A DNA stretch of 45,099 bases from an uncultured archaeon (GCA_964391885.1 CAYMNU010000068.1:1-45099); one strand, 5' to 3'; counted from the stretch's first letter, positions 1-9,274 are shown. A program made the numbers and translations. Notes: a model not told the origin generated them from the letters alone.

Positions 1-19
1 TTAAACTTCTAATGAACTC

Positions 20-237
20 ATGAAGCTTCGCCCTCTTAAGCGCAGGGAAATCGTAAAGATACTTAAGAATAATGGCTACGAGCGCGACCCGAAGCACGAT
101 GTCAAAGGCAGCCATGAGATGTGGTGGAACCCTGCGAGTAAAAGGGCATTCCCCTCCCTGTTTATGAAGAGTTCGGAGTGCCGCTACTAAAGCTCATAAT
201 TCGCGAATCGGGGATACCCAGGGACAGATTTACATAA
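20..237 (+). pseudogene. hicA: HicA-family mRNA interferase toxin, frameshifted at the C-run 151-154
   Basis: ATG at 20 reads MKLRPLKRREIVKILKNNGYERDPKHDVKGSHEMWWNPASKRAF (GSH motif) and stops at 188-190. The shifted frame continues PLPVYEEFGVPLLKLIIRESGIPRDRFT* (TAA 235-237), a typical HicA C-terminus. One extra C would restore the ORF. Not in the ORF track. Confidence 0.8.
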
Positions 238-246
238 GAGCGCCGT

Positions 247-513
247 TTAACAGGCGGCAACAGCATCCTTTGTGATTTCATACGGGAGGCATATGTTTAT
301 CTCTATCTTTCCCGCCTTTCTGGCTTTTATAGGGGGCTCAACACCCTTGTCCCGATATGCCTCCAGCATGGATCTTAGCACGACATCTGCCTTCCTGACA
401 GCTTCTTCCAGTGTCTGCCCATGCGCCAAAAAACCCGGGAAGTTCTCGCTGGTGGCTGCATATCCTTCTCCAACGCCGAGATGCTCTATTTTCACCGGAA
501 TTTCATATTCCAT
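247..513 (-). CDS. hicB: HicB-family antitoxin
   Basis: GYAATSENFPGFLAHGQTLEEAVRKA...LEAYRDKGVEPP matches the HicB N-terminal partial RNase H fold pattern; adjacent to hicA. Confidence 0.85.
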   Translation of the reverse strand: MEYEIPVKIEHLGVGEGYAATSENFPGFLAHGQTLEEAVRKADVVLRSMLEAYRDKGVEPPIKARKAGKIEINICLPYEITKDAVAAC

Positions 514-582
514 GTTTATTTATTACATCCTCGCTTAAAAGCCGCCACTCCCTTTTATACTGCCACCCTCTAATTCTCCCCT

Positions 583-1527
583 ATGGTCCTAAGTGCGTCT
601 TTCGGCTCTTACCCAAGGCCATCTGCCTTGCGCGAGTACCAGATAAAGACCTACGGAAAGCAGAAGAAACTAGACTTGGTTCCCACAGAAGAGGACAGAA
701 GGCAGCTTGTGGATGCCACAAGGGAAGTCGTCGCCGACCAAATGGGCCTCGATATAATAACAGACGGCATGCTCACATGGGATGATTATCTTGCCAGCAT
801 AGCCGTAAGCTTCGACGGCATCAAGATGGGCGGCCTGATACGCTTCTATGACAACAATACATATTACCGCAGGCCTGTGATTTCCGGCTCGCTCGCCAAC
901 AAAGAACCCTGGGTAAAGGAAAAGTTCGATTTGCTGAGGGAGTTGAATCCCGGTGCCAAGCTGAAGGCAGTCATACCCGGCCCCTATTCGCTCTACGAGC
1001 TTTCAGAAGACCGCTTTTACGGCGACAGGGAAGATGGTGTTAAAGCCCTCACTGATGTCCTTAAGGTAGAAATAGAGTCCCTCACGGCAGATTATGTCCA
1101 GATAGACGAGCCCTCGCTCTCTTACGGCTTCGATCCCGCAGTTTTTGAGACTGTAAAGTCTTGCCTGAAAAAACTAGCGAATGCTGCAAAAGGAAAGACA
1201 ATTATATCTACATATTTCGGCAGGCTGAACTCATCCTTCTTAGAGCTTGAGGATATTGCCGACTATCTAGGCATCGACTGCGTCTCTTATCCGGAAAATT
1301 ATGAGCTTTTGATTAAAAGCGGCGTAAAAAAGCTGCAATTAGGCCTTCTGGACGCGCGCAACACGAAGATTGAGGATGAAGTCCAAATAAAGAACAAAAT
1401 AATGATGCTAGCCTCGGATGACGCTATAATCTCCACCAATTGCGGCTTGGAGTTCCTGCCGAGGGAATATGCTATGAGGAAGCTTGATTTGTTGAAGCGT
1501 ATAGGGAATGAGACTGCAAATGAATGA
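583..1527 (+). CDS. metE: Split cobalamin-independent methionine synthase, non-catalytic (folate-binding-like) subunit
   Basis: GSYPRP, ITDG, RFYDNNTYYRRP, PGPYS, QIDEPSL, NCGLEFLP. The Zn-binding HxC motif is replaced by STYFG. Directly upstream of the catalytic paralog. Confidence 0.8.
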   Translation: MVLSASFGSYPRPSALREYQIKTYGKQKKLDLVPTEEDRRQLVDATREVVADQMGLDIITDGMLTWDDYLASIAVSFDGIKMGGLIRFYDNNTYYRRPVISGSLANKEPWVKEKFDLLRELNPGAKLKAVIPGPYSLYELSEDRFYGDREDGVKALTDVLKVEIESLTADYVQIDEPSLSYGFDPAVFETVKSCLKKLANAAKGKTIISTYFGRLNSSFLELEDIADYLGIDCVSYPENYELLIKSGVKKLQLGLLDARNTKIEDEVQIKNKIMMLASDDAIISTNCGLEFLPREYAMRKLDLLKRIGNETANE

Positions 1528-2524
1528 AATATTAAGGACAACAGTCGTGGGCAGCCACCCGAGGTTCTCGGAAGTAGTGAAAGCTGCGCGAAGCATTAAG
1601 GAAGGGACTGCAAGCCAAGAAGATTACGATAGGCTGGTCGCAGAGGCCACAAAAAAGTGCATCGACGACCAGATAGAAGCCGGCATCGACATAATCGCCG
1701 ACGGCGAGCAGGGCCGGGAGGATATGCAGGTCTTCTTCGCCGAAAGGCTGGGCGGCTTCCAAAAGGGTGACTGGGTGCGCATTTGGGGCAACAACTACTT
1801 CAGGAAGCCCATAGTCGCAGACAGGATTAAGTTCAAAGCTGCCATGACACTGGACGACTGGAAATTCGCAGACTCCTACATGCAAGAGAGCCAGAAGAAG
1901 CTTAAGCGAGAAGGCGTGCAGATGAAGCAGATGTTCACAGGCCCCTACACGATGGCTGATTGGTCTTTCTACGAGAGCCATGCGTCACGAAGGGACCTCA
2001 CGCTCGACCTTGCAGAAGCACTTGCAAAAGAGGCGAAAGAGCTCGACAAGGCAGGGTGCCCATTTATTCAAATAGATGAGCCTGCCCTATGCACTCATCC
2101 CGGGGACGACGAGATGGAGCTTCAGCGGGAGGCGCTTGCCATAATAACCAAAGGCCTGAAGGCTTACACAGCTATCCACGTCTGCTACGGCGACTTCGGG
2201 ATGCTTTTCCCGGCTGCACTGGATTTCCCTGTCGATCTCATAGACTTGGAGTTCGCCAACAATCATTTTAGAACCCTTGGCGTCTTGAAACAATACGACT
2301 TCACAAAGGATTTGGGCTTCGGCGTGGTCGACGTGCACAAGAAAGAAGTGGAGAGCGTCGAGCAGGTCAAAGAGAATATAATGCTTGCGCTTGATTTCCT
2401 AAAGCCGGAGCAAATTTATCCAAAGCCGGACTGCGGGCTAAAGCTTCTTCCAAGCGAGGAGATAGCGTTTAAGAAGCTGAAAGCCATAGGCGATGCAGTG
2501 AGGGAGCTGAGGGAAGAGCTTTAG
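1520..2524 (+). CDS. metE: Split cobalamin-independent methionine synthase, catalytic Zn subunit
   Basis: TTVVGSHPR, DGEQGREDM, TGPYT, QIDEPAL; Zn ligands HVCYG, DLEFA and PDCGLK. Start is 1520 or 1508, overlapping the upstream stop. Confidence 0.88.
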   Translation: MNEILRTTVVGSHPRFSEVVKAARSIKEGTASQEDYDRLVAEATKKCIDDQIEAGIDIIADGEQGREDMQVFFAERLGGFQKGDWVRIWGNNYFRKPIVADRIKFKAAMTLDDWKFADSYMQESQKKLKREGVQMKQMFTGPYTMADWSFYESHASRRDLTLDLAEALAKEAKELDKAGCPFIQIDEPALCTHPGDDEMELQREALAIITKGLKAYTAIHVCYGDFGMLFPAALDFPVDLIDLEFANNHFRTLGVLKQYDFTKDLGFGVVDVHKKEVESVEQVKENIMLALDFLKPEQIYPKPDCGLKLLPSEEIAFKKLKAIGDAVRELREEL

Positions 2525-2567
2525 TGGGATTTTATTCGCATTTATATTACTAATCCATTATTACACA

Positions 2568-2714
2568 ATGGACGGCCTCTTCGACTCCTGCGATAATGAC
2601 ACCCTTGGCGGCAGTATAAGCCCCGCAGAAGAAACACTCAAATTCTGGATGGCTATCATAGTGATGGCAGCCCTTGTCGCGCTCTGCGCTGCGATATTGC
2701 TCAACCTGGTTTAG
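2568..2714 (+). CDS. 48-aa single-pass membrane microprotein
   Basis: MDGLFDSCDNDTLGGSISPAEETLKFWMAIIVMAALVALCAAILLNLV*. TATA-like TTTATAT at about 2541. Not in the ORF track. Confidence 0.6.
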   Translation: MDGLFDSCDNDTLGGSISPAEETLKFWMAIIVMAALVALCAAILLNLV

Positions 2715-2748
2715 TGCTTTTTCTTTACTGCCCCGTTTGTTACATATT

Positions 2749-2859
2749 ATGGACTTCGACAACCCCGCTAAACTCATAGTCTATGTTATAATCGCGTTTA
2801 TGGCGTTTGCTATAACCATGGCAGTCCTTTTCAGGGTATCAGAGATGTTTGGGATATAG
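2749..2859 (+). CDS. 36-aa single-pass membrane microprotein
   Basis: MDFDNPAKLIVYVIIAFMAFAITMAVLFRVSEMFGI*, read from the ATG at 2749 inside ORF 2674..2859. Confidence 0.6.
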   Translation: MDFDNPAKLIVYVIIAFMAFAITMAVLFRVSEMFGI

Positions 2860-2882
2860 CCTCACTATTGGTTTCAGATGTT

Positions 2883-2942
2883 TTTTTACTGGATTATAAT
2901 TTATACGAGACCAGTAAAAAGACGCCGCAACTGGTTGCGGCG
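2883..2942. repeat. Two adjacent perfect inverted repeats
   Basis: TTTTTACTGG-N18-CCAGTAAAAA (2883-2920) and CGCCGCAAC-TG-GTTGCGGCG (2923-2942), followed by a T-run. Confidence 0.7.
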
Positions 2943-2964
2943 CTGATTTTTATAGGCCTTTCAT

Positions 2965-2983
2965 ATAATTATAATATAATTAT
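2965..2983. promoter_or_regulatory. Putative VapBC autoregulatory operator
   Basis: Perfect inverted repeat ATAATTATA-A-TATAATTAT between the TTTTATA box (about 2947) and the ATG at 2990. Confidence 0.55.
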
Positions 2984-2989
2984 CTAAAA

Positions 2990-3202
2990 ATGGAAACCTT
3001 AGAATGCATACCTCGGAAGTGGGGCAACTCGCTGGGCATAACTATACCCAAGGACATAGTGGAGAAAGAAGGTTTCTCCGAGGGGCAGCCGATAGTCATA
3101 ACCTTGAATGCGCAGCCGGATTTGCGCAGCATCTTCGGGACATTCAAGTTCTCAAAGACCGCCCAACAGATGAAAGACGAGGAGAGAGAAGCATGGATGT
3201 AG
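2990..3202 (+). CDS. vapB: AbrB/MazE/SpoVT-family antitoxin (VapB-like)
   Basis: RKWGNSLGITIPKDIVEKEG swapped-hairpin motif; overlaps the downstream PIN gene. Confidence 0.88.
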   Translation: METLECIPRKWGNSLGITIPKDIVEKEGFSEGQPIVITLNAQPDLRSIFGTFKFSKTAQQMKDEEREAWM

Positions 3203-3561
3203 GCTATTTCCTGGACTCATACGCTATCTATGAGATGCTTGACGGCAACCGGGCATATGAGGGGTATTCCAGTAATGAGAACCGGACCTCAATTATGAAC
3301 GTCGCCGAGATATACTACCGCATATTGTTGGACTCGGACGAGTCGGTTGCTGACGAGAAGACCATACCTCTTTTCCCGTTTGTTGTGCCCATAAAGTCCC
3401 TTACCGTAAAAACTGCGATGATTTTTAGACTTAAGAATAAAAAGAAGAAATTTTCTTATGCCGATTGTTTGGGGTACGCACTTGCCAAAGAGCATGGCCT
3501 TAAGTTCCTCACCGGCGACATCCAGTTCAAAGGCCTGCCAAACGTGGAGTTCGTTAAGTAA
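3193..3561 (+). CDS. vapC: PIN-domain toxin VapC
   Basis: YFLDSYA, NVAEIY, SYADCLGYALA and LTGD carry the acidic PIN residues; start corrected to the ATG at 3193. Confidence 0.9.
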   Translation: MDVGYFLDSYAIYEMLDGNRAYEGYSSNENRTSIMNVAEIYYRILLDSDESVADEKTIPLFPFVVPIKSLTVKTAMIFRLKNKKKKFSYADCLGYALAKEHGLKFLTGDIQFKGLPNVEFVK

Positions 3562-4254
3562 TCAGATACCCTTAAACCTCTTCCTCACTTCTACAATCTT
3601 CCCGCAGGTCAGCTTTCCTTCCGGACAGGGCCCTATAACGCATCCGGGACCGGCATCGTGGAACAGCGTCGGCGCGACCTTCTTGGCGAGCTTGAGCATC
3701 TCGACGCTGACTTCTCGAAGCTCCCATTGCGTCCTCTCGCAGCTGCGCATGCGTATGAAATGCAGAAGCTCCCTGGCGTTCATGGTCACGACGATGTTCG
3801 TAGTGGCGGCATTAGGCAAAACGAACCTGGCGTCCTCCGGGGCAATGCCCTTCTTTATCAGCTTGTCATAGGCGCTGGCGAGCTGTGCCATGACCTCAGT
3901 GTAAATCTCCGTTGCTTCGGGGTCTTTACCTATCGCAGGAGGGGTCACATACTGTATCTCATCGTGGCTGAACTTGACATACCTCTGGCTCTGCTGGGTG
4001 TAAGATGCCAGCCGGTGCCTTACCAGTTGGTGCGTCAGGGCGCGCGAAACCCCAGAAATGGAAAAAGTGAATGTTGCATGCTCAGTCACGGATGCATGGC
4101 CGAAGCCCATGACCATCTTGAGGAAGTCAAGCGCCTCTTTCTCCCCTAGCTCCTCGAAGAGCTGTGCAGTAGTCTTCTTCTTCCAGCTTGTGAATGCGGC
4201 CGCAGCACATACCATATCCGGCTTTGGCGTGTGGGCAATAAGTTTGATTTCCAT
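3562..4254 (-). CDS. thyX: FAD-dependent thymidylate synthase
   Basis: GHASVTEH, SRALTHQLVRHRLASYTQQSQRY (RHRx7S motif), EDARFVLP, QWELR; start at MEIKLIAH (4254). Confidence 0.96.
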   Translation of the reverse strand: MEIKLIAHTPKPDMVCAAAAFTSWKKKTTAQLFEELGEKEALDFLKMVMGFGHASVTEHATFTFSISGVSRALTHQLVRHRLASYTQQSQRYVKFSHDEIQYVTPPAIGKDPEATEIYTEVMAQLASAYDKLIKKGIAPEDARFVLPNAATTNIVVTMNARELLHFIRMRSCERTQWELREVSVEMLKLAKKVAPTLFHDAGPGCVIGPCPEGKLTCGKIVEVRKRFKGI

Positions 4255-4305
4255 TTTATTCTCCCCCCTATTTTGGTTTAAGAAGATAAAAAAGGTAATT
4301 ATCCG

Positions 4306-5172
4306 ATGACTTCCGTAGCGATAATCGGCGGATACGGCGGCATGGGACAGCTGTTTGCGCGCATCCTGAAGAGGAACGGATTGGACGTGACGATAGCCGG
4401 CCCCAGGCCAGAAAAAGGCATCAAGGTTGCGAAAGAAATAGGTGTCGCGTTTGAAAAAAGTAACATAGAAGCAGCTAACGGCGCGGATATAGTGATAATC
4501 ACAGTCCCGATAAGGAAGACTCCTGATCTTATCCGGGAAATAGCCCCTCACATGAAAGAAGGAGCCCTCCTCACAGACTTGACGTCAGTAAAGAAAGCCC
4601 CCTGCGATGCCATGCTCAAGTCAGCCCCTGAGAGCGTGGAAATAGCGGGCTGCCATCCTGTATTCGGCCCGATGGTAGGAGACTTCAAAAACCAGAACTT
4701 TGTATTCTGTCCTATTCGTCAGGGCAAGCGCTTTGACATGCTAAAGAAGATAATAAGGAAGGAAGGGGGCCTGATAACCGAATGCAGCCCGGAAGAGCAT
4801 GATAAGGCGATGGGCGTAGTACAGGGCATGACGCATTTCATGCTGATTTCTGCGGGCGCAGCCATGCGTGACATGGGATTTGACCCAAAAAAGAGCAGTG
4901 AGTTTTCTTCTCCGGTATACCAGCTTGTCATGGATTTGATAGGCAGGATATTGGGCCAGGACCCCTCGCTTTATGGGGAAATCCAGCTCGAAAACAGGGA
5001 AACTGCCCCGGCAAGGGAAGCCTTCCTATCTGCTGCCAAAAGGATGGACGGGATAATCCGCAGCGGCGACTTGGATTCCTTCATCGCCGAGATGGAAAAA
5101 GCTGCGAAGCATTTCGGCGACACGGAAGGCGCAATGAAGAGGACTCAGAAAGCACTGAAAAATGAGGAATAA
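4306..5172 (+). CDS. tyrA: Prephenate/arogenate dehydrogenase
   Basis: IIGGYGGMG Rossmann motif, DLTSVK, HPVFGP, EEHDKAMGVVQGMTH. Confidence 0.93.
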   Translation: MTSVAIIGGYGGMGQLFARILKRNGLDVTIAGPRPEKGIKVAKEIGVAFEKSNIEAANGADIVIITVPIRKTPDLIREIAPHMKEGALLTDLTSVKKAPCDAMLKSAPESVEIAGCHPVFGPMVGDFKNQNFVFCPIRQGKRFDMLKKIIRKEGGLITECSPEEHDKAMGVVQGMTHFMLISAGAAMRDMGFDPKKSSEFSSPVYQLVMDLIGRILGQDPSLYGEIQLENRETAPAREAFLSAAKRMDGIIRSGDLDSFIAEMEKAAKHFGDTEGAMKRTQKALKNEE

Positions 5173-5632
5173 CATAGGCGTTCTCGGCAGCAAGAGCGCG
5201 TCGCTGAAAAATCTGAGGATTGCCGAAGAGGTCGGGCGGGAGATAGCGAAAGCCGGGGCCGCTCTCATCTGCGGCGGCCGGGGCGGCATAATGCGCGCAG
5301 CTGCCAAGGGATGCAAGGAAGCGGGCGGCCTTGCGATAGGCATACTCCCCTGTCTGGAAAAGGAGGGCTGCGATGAGGACTACCTGGAAGTTGCGCTCCC
5401 AACTAGTCTGGGCTTTGGCAGGAACATATTCATAGCATCTGCATGCGATGCTGTCATTGCCATCGACGGGGATTACGGGACCATGTCAGAAGTGGCCTTC
5501 GCGCTGAACTATGGGCGAAAGGTAATTGTGATAAAAAACACGGGCGGAACTGCGGATTACCTCGCCGCAGGCATTTTCGATGTGGCTGTCGCTGAAAGCG
5601 CAAAAGAGGCAGTGAAGCTGGCGCTATCATAA
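5162..5632 (+). CDS. TIGR00725/LOG-like Rossmann-fold nucleotide-binding protein
   Basis: CGGRGGIMRAAAKG, IGILP, GFGRN, GDYGTMSEVAFA. Confidence 0.85.
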   Translation: MRNNIGVLGSKSASLKNLRIAEEVGREIAKAGAALICGGRGGIMRAAAKGCKEAGGLAIGILPCLEKEGCDEDYLEVALPTSLGFGRNIFIASACDAVIAIDGDYGTMSEVAFALNYGRKVIVIKNTGGTADYLAAGIFDVAVAESAKEAVKLALS

Positions 5633-5633
5633 A

Positions 5634-6101
5634 ATGAAGATTTTAGATGCTTCGGGCGTCATAAACGCGAGAGAAGCATTTGACGGGGAATACATTACTG
5701 CCCCGGAGATAGTCAGGGAAATCAGGGATATCCAATCACGCATGAAGCTCGAGTCAGCGATAGCTGAAGGCAAAGTCAGGCTTCAGGAGCCTTCTGACGC
5801 TGCCCTGGACAAGGTCGAGGCGGCTGCCGAGAAAGCAGGAGTTTTGCCCTTACTGTCAATACCTGATATGAAGGTGCTCGCCTTGGCATACGAAACTCGA
5901 TTGCCCATAGTCACGGATGATTACGACATACAGAATATGTGCTGGCTCTTGGGGCTGGGCTTTGAGACTATAATAATGCCTGGAATCAAAAGCGCATTTA
6001 CATGGAAAAAGAAATGCACGGCCTGCGGAAAAGAGCATTCCGAGGACATTGCCGAATGCGAGGCTTGCGGCTCGACGCGCTTTAAGGTAGTCAAAAATTA
6101 G
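5634..6101 (+). CDS. nob1: Nob1-like rRNA maturation endonuclease (PIN + Zn ribbon)
   Basis: ILDAS, LSIPD, TDDYDIQN, and C-terminal CTAC...CEAC. Confidence 0.9.
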   Translation: MKILDASGVINAREAFDGEYITAPEIVREIRDIQSRMKLESAIAEGKVRLQEPSDAALDKVEAAAEKAGVLPLLSIPDMKVLALAYETRLPIVTDDYDIQNMCWLLGLGFETIIMPGIKSAFTWKKKCTACGKEHSEDIAECEACGSTRFKVVKN

Positions 6102-6571
6102 AGCAGCATGCCTATTACCCCGGCTCCAGCATAGGCTATAAGCAGGAACCGTGGGATCTTTCCAATCAGAACCCCTAAAAAGAACCTCTTTTTGTTATAG
6201 CGCAACCCGCCTGCAACAAGACCGATGAAATCCATTGGAAGGGGCGTGAATGCGAATATTATCACAGCCCAGAAACCCCATCTTTTAAACCACGACTCTG
6301 CTCGCTTATAATGCGCACCCTCCTTTTTCTTGCGGCTTATAATCCGTTCACTCCATAGGCCGATGAAATATGTCGTCAGCTCGCCAATAGCTGCAGCAAG
6401 GCCTGCGACTATACCGACCCAAAATGGATCGGCAAGGGCTCCGGCGGCAAAAACCAATGCTTCGGTCGCGAAGATAGGGAAGGGGGTGGCACTGAAGAGA
6501 AGCACTGCGATAAAGAAATACGCCCAGTCGCCAAGCCCTAGGAATTCCGGAAGCTCTGATGGTATATTCAT
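6098..6571 (-). CDS. DedA/VTT (SNARE-associated) membrane protein
   Basis: AAIGELTTYFIG, KRWGFWAVIIFAFTPLPMD, GVLIGKIPRF. Confidence 0.85.
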   Translation of the reverse strand: MNIPSELPEFLGLGDWAYFFIAVLLFSATPFPIFATEALVFAAGALADPFWVGIVAGLAAAIGELTTYFIGLWSERIISRKKKEGAHYKRAESWFKRWGFWAVIIFAFTPLPMDFIGLVAGGLRYNKKRFFLGVLIGKIPRFLLIAYAGAGVIGMLL

Positions 6572-6631
6572 TCACACAATTTTAAATCAAAATGCCCCAA
6601 GACACATACCGCCATGCCCTGCACCATTACT

Positions 6632-7453
6632 CTAATACGAGCCCAAAAGCTTATAGAATGTCCCGTTCTTTTCTACGTATTCCAATACCTTCTTGATTTT
6701 AAGGTCCTCGAAGCTACCCTCAAAATCTATGAGAAACATGTACTCCCACTTCTTCCTTCTACTAGGCCTGGACTCTATCTTGGTAAGGTTTATATCTTCC
6801 TTTGCAAATGCTTCCAGCAGACGGTAAAGGGCGCCCGACTCATTTTTGACGGCAGTTATTATGCTGGTTTTTTTACCTTGTGGTGAAGCCTTTTTTGAAA
6901 GGACAAAGAAGCGCGTCTCGTTGTCCGCCATGTCTGCCAGATTGTCTATAAGTATCCTTAGCCCGTATCGCTCAGCCGCCTTTTTGGAGCCTATCGCAGC
7001 GACTGAGGGGTCTTTCGAACGTGCCACACTTGCCATAGCCCCGGCCGTCGAGTAATCCTGCCCATTGGCCAGCCTTGTTATTATCTTGGGCATGCCGCCC
7101 CTTAGATTTAGCCTGTTCATGCACTGGCGTATTGCCTGGGGGTGGCTGCGTATCTTCTTCACCTGTGAAAGTGTCCCTGTGCCTGCAAGTACGTGCTGTA
7201 TCTGGTAATAAATCTCCGCATAGATGTTTAAGTCATACTTAAGAAGGCATTCCACGGTCTCGCTGACGCTCCCTTCACTGCTATTCTCAATCGGCACTAC
7301 ACCATAATCCACAGCTCCGGATGAAACTGCCTCGAAGACGCCGCTTATGCTTGGCGAGTAAAGTACCCTACCCTTCTTGAAATAGCTTTCTGCCGCCTCA
7401 TCAGTGAATGTGCCCTTTGGCCCGAGAACTGCTATCTTTGTTGCTTTATCCAT
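6632..7453 (-). CDS. pheA: Prephenate dehydratase (PDT + ACT, no chorismate mutase domain)
   Basis: LGPKGTFT, VPIENSSEGSV, SHPQA, NETRF, NLTKIESRP, LLGSY. Confidence 0.95.
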   Translation of the reverse strand: MDKATKIAVLGPKGTFTDEAAESYFKKGRVLYSPSISGVFEAVSSGAVDYGVVPIENSSEGSVSETVECLLKYDLNIYAEIYYQIQHVLAGTGTLSQVKKIRSHPQAIRQCMNRLNLRGGMPKIITRLANGQDYSTAGAMASVARSKDPSVAAIGSKKAAERYGLRILIDNLADMADNETRFFVLSKKASPQGKKTSIITAVKNESGALYRLLEAFAKEDINLTKIESRPSRRKKWEYMFLIDFEGSFEDLKIKKVLEYVEKNGTFYKLLGSY

Positions 7454-7510
7454 ATTCTCTCTAATTTATAAGAATCGGGCTTAAAATTACCCACGATCAA
7501 GTCACTTCGT

Positions 7511-7529
7511 TCCTTCTTTTTAAGAAGGA
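7511..7529. promoter_or_regulatory. Inverted repeat in the divergent pheA/pmm intergenic region
   Basis: TCCTTCTT-TTT-AAGAAGGA, overlapping a TTTTTAA box about 30 nt before the pmm ATG. Confidence 0.35.
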
Positions 7530-7550
7530 GCTAATATAAGCATCTTAAAA

Positions 7551-8885
7551 ATGAACGAACATATCTTTAGGGCCTATGACATAAGGGGCATATACCAAAA
7601 AGAGGTGAGCGAAGAATTTGCCGAAGAAATCGGAAAATCCTTTGGAACATTTCTTGGCAATCAGGGTCTTATAGTATTGGGCCGGGACGCCAGGCACGGC
7701 GGGCATGAGCTCGTAGACGCATCTGCCAGAGGCTTGAACGCCGCAGGCATTAACACTATTGATATAGGAATGGTGCCGACGCCCACTCTCAACTACTACT
7801 GCGCAAAGGCCGGCGCAAATGCGGGAGTTCTAATCTCAGCTTCGCACAATCCGCCGGAATACAACGGCATCAGATTCCGCAAAGGCGACGGGGCGGGTTT
7901 TCCGGAGTGCATCCCGGAAGTGAAGCGGATATACTTCGAGAAGTCGTGGCAGGAAAAGGATGCGCATGTTTCCCATAGAACGGTCGATTCGCAGAGTGTG
8001 ATTGACGAATATCTGGATTATATAGTCTCGCAGACGCAGCTCCAGAAGCCGCTTAAGGTCGTCGTGGACCCTGGCAACGGTTCGGGATCGGGCATAGGCA
8101 AGCCGCTTTTTGAGGCTCTTGGATGCGAAGTTACGACAATAAATGACTCTCCGGACGGCGATTTCCCCGGACGGAGCGCAAACCCCAAGGAATCCACCCT
8201 CATTGGGCTTGGGGAAGAAGTCCGCAAGCGGGGCGCAGACCTCGGGGTGGCCTATGACGGAGACGCCGACAGAGTTGTTTTTACGGACGAGAACGGCAGG
8301 GTGGTATCTGCTGAAGCCAGCGGGGCAATCATGGTCAACGAAGTGCTTGAAGAAGGTCTGGGCGAGATAGCCCTTAATGTAGACTGCTCCATGAGCGTCG
8401 AGGAAGCTGCGATTGCGATGGGCGGCACAGTCAGGAGAATCCGGGTGGGCGACGTCTTCCTTGCCGACGCAATCAAAGACGGCGCAGTGTTTGCGATGGA
8501 GTCCTCAAGCCACTTTGTGGTCCCGAAATATTTCGGCTTTGATGACGGCATAGCAGTTTCCGCGTACATGGCGCAGATACTGTCAGAGCGAGGCGAACCA
8601 TTGTCTAAAATAGTCTCCAAGGTTCCAAGATATCCTGTCGTGAGAAAAGAGATGCCCGTGCCCGACGATAAGAAATTCAAAGTCATCGAGGCTCTTGCAG
8701 AGCAGTTCGCAGACAGAAACCCTTTAACCATTGACGGCGTCAAGGTGAATTATAATAAAGGATGGACCCTTGTGCGAGCTTCCAACACCCAGCCGATGCT
8801 CAGGCTCACAGCAGAGGGAAAAACCGAGAAAGATGCCGAAGACCTTATGTCAGAGTTAGAGGGCTCAGTAAAGGAAAACCTTTAG
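7551..8885 (+). CDS. Phosphomannomutase/phosphoglucomutase (alpha-D-phosphohexomutase)
   Basis: IFRAYDIRG, SASHNP phosphoserine loop, DGDADR metal loop, VRASNTQP. Confidence 0.93.
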   Translation: MNEHIFRAYDIRGIYQKEVSEEFAEEIGKSFGTFLGNQGLIVLGRDARHGGHELVDASARGLNAAGINTIDIGMVPTPTLNYYCAKAGANAGVLISASHNPPEYNGIRFRKGDGAGFPECIPEVKRIYFEKSWQEKDAHVSHRTVDSQSVIDEYLDYIVSQTQLQKPLKVVVDPGNGSGSGIGKPLFEALGCEVTTINDSPDGDFPGRSANPKESTLIGLGEEVRKRGADLGVAYDGDADRVVFTDENGRVVSAEASGAIMVNEVLEEGLGEIALNVDCSMSVEEAAIAMGGTVRRIRVGDVFLADAIKDGAVFAMESSSHFVVPKYFGFDDGIAVSAYMAQILSERGEPLSKIVSKVPRYPVVRKEMPVPDDKKFKVIEALAEQFADRNPLTIDGVKVNYNKGWTLVRASNTQPMLRLTAEGKTEKDAEDLMSELEGSVKENL

Positions 8886-9274
8886 GAGTCGAGCGCCTCG
8901 TTGACCAGAGCATCCGCTTTCTTCTGCATGGGGCTCTCCCGCGGACGGTGGGTATATGTGACTTTTTTGAACCTTTTCTCTAAATCCTTCACCGCCAGGT
9001 AAAGCGCTCTCAAATGCTCTTTTTTGACCTTATACCTACCATTCAGCTGCTTCACTACAAGCTCGCTGTCTGAGAAGACCTCTACAGACTCCGAGTGGTC
9101 CAAGGCCTTTCTCAGACCCTCGATTATGGCTTTGTATTCAGCGACGTTGTTGGTTGTGGTACCTAACTTTTTACCCTCTTTGTAAAGCTCTCGCTCCTCC
9201 CCACAAATCAGGAAACCATAAGCCGCAGGCCCCGGGTTTCCGCGAGAGCCCCCGTCAGTATAGAGGTGAATCAT
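8882..9274 (-). CDS. rnhA: Ribonuclease HI
   Basis: YTDGGSRGNPG, NNVAEY, SDSELV, ADALVN (DEDD catalytic set). Confidence 0.93.
   Translation of the reverse strand: MIHLYTDGGSRGNPGPAAYGFLICGEERELYKEGKKLGTTTNNVAEYKAIIEGLRKALDHSESVEVFSDSELVVKQLNGRYKVKKEHLRALYLAVKDLEKRFKKVTYTHRPRESPMQKKADALVNEALDS

Noticed and set aside
2550-2777. 75-aa minus-strand ORF with CFFC
   Set aside because: The plus-strand TM microprotein ORFs have better starts, promoter spacing and composition.
4255-4551. N-terminal extension of ThyX in the ORF track (likewise extended starts for vapC, hisB, eno, ftsZ and the ATPase)
   Set aside because: The extensions overlap neighbouring genes or promoters; downstream ATGs match family N-termini.
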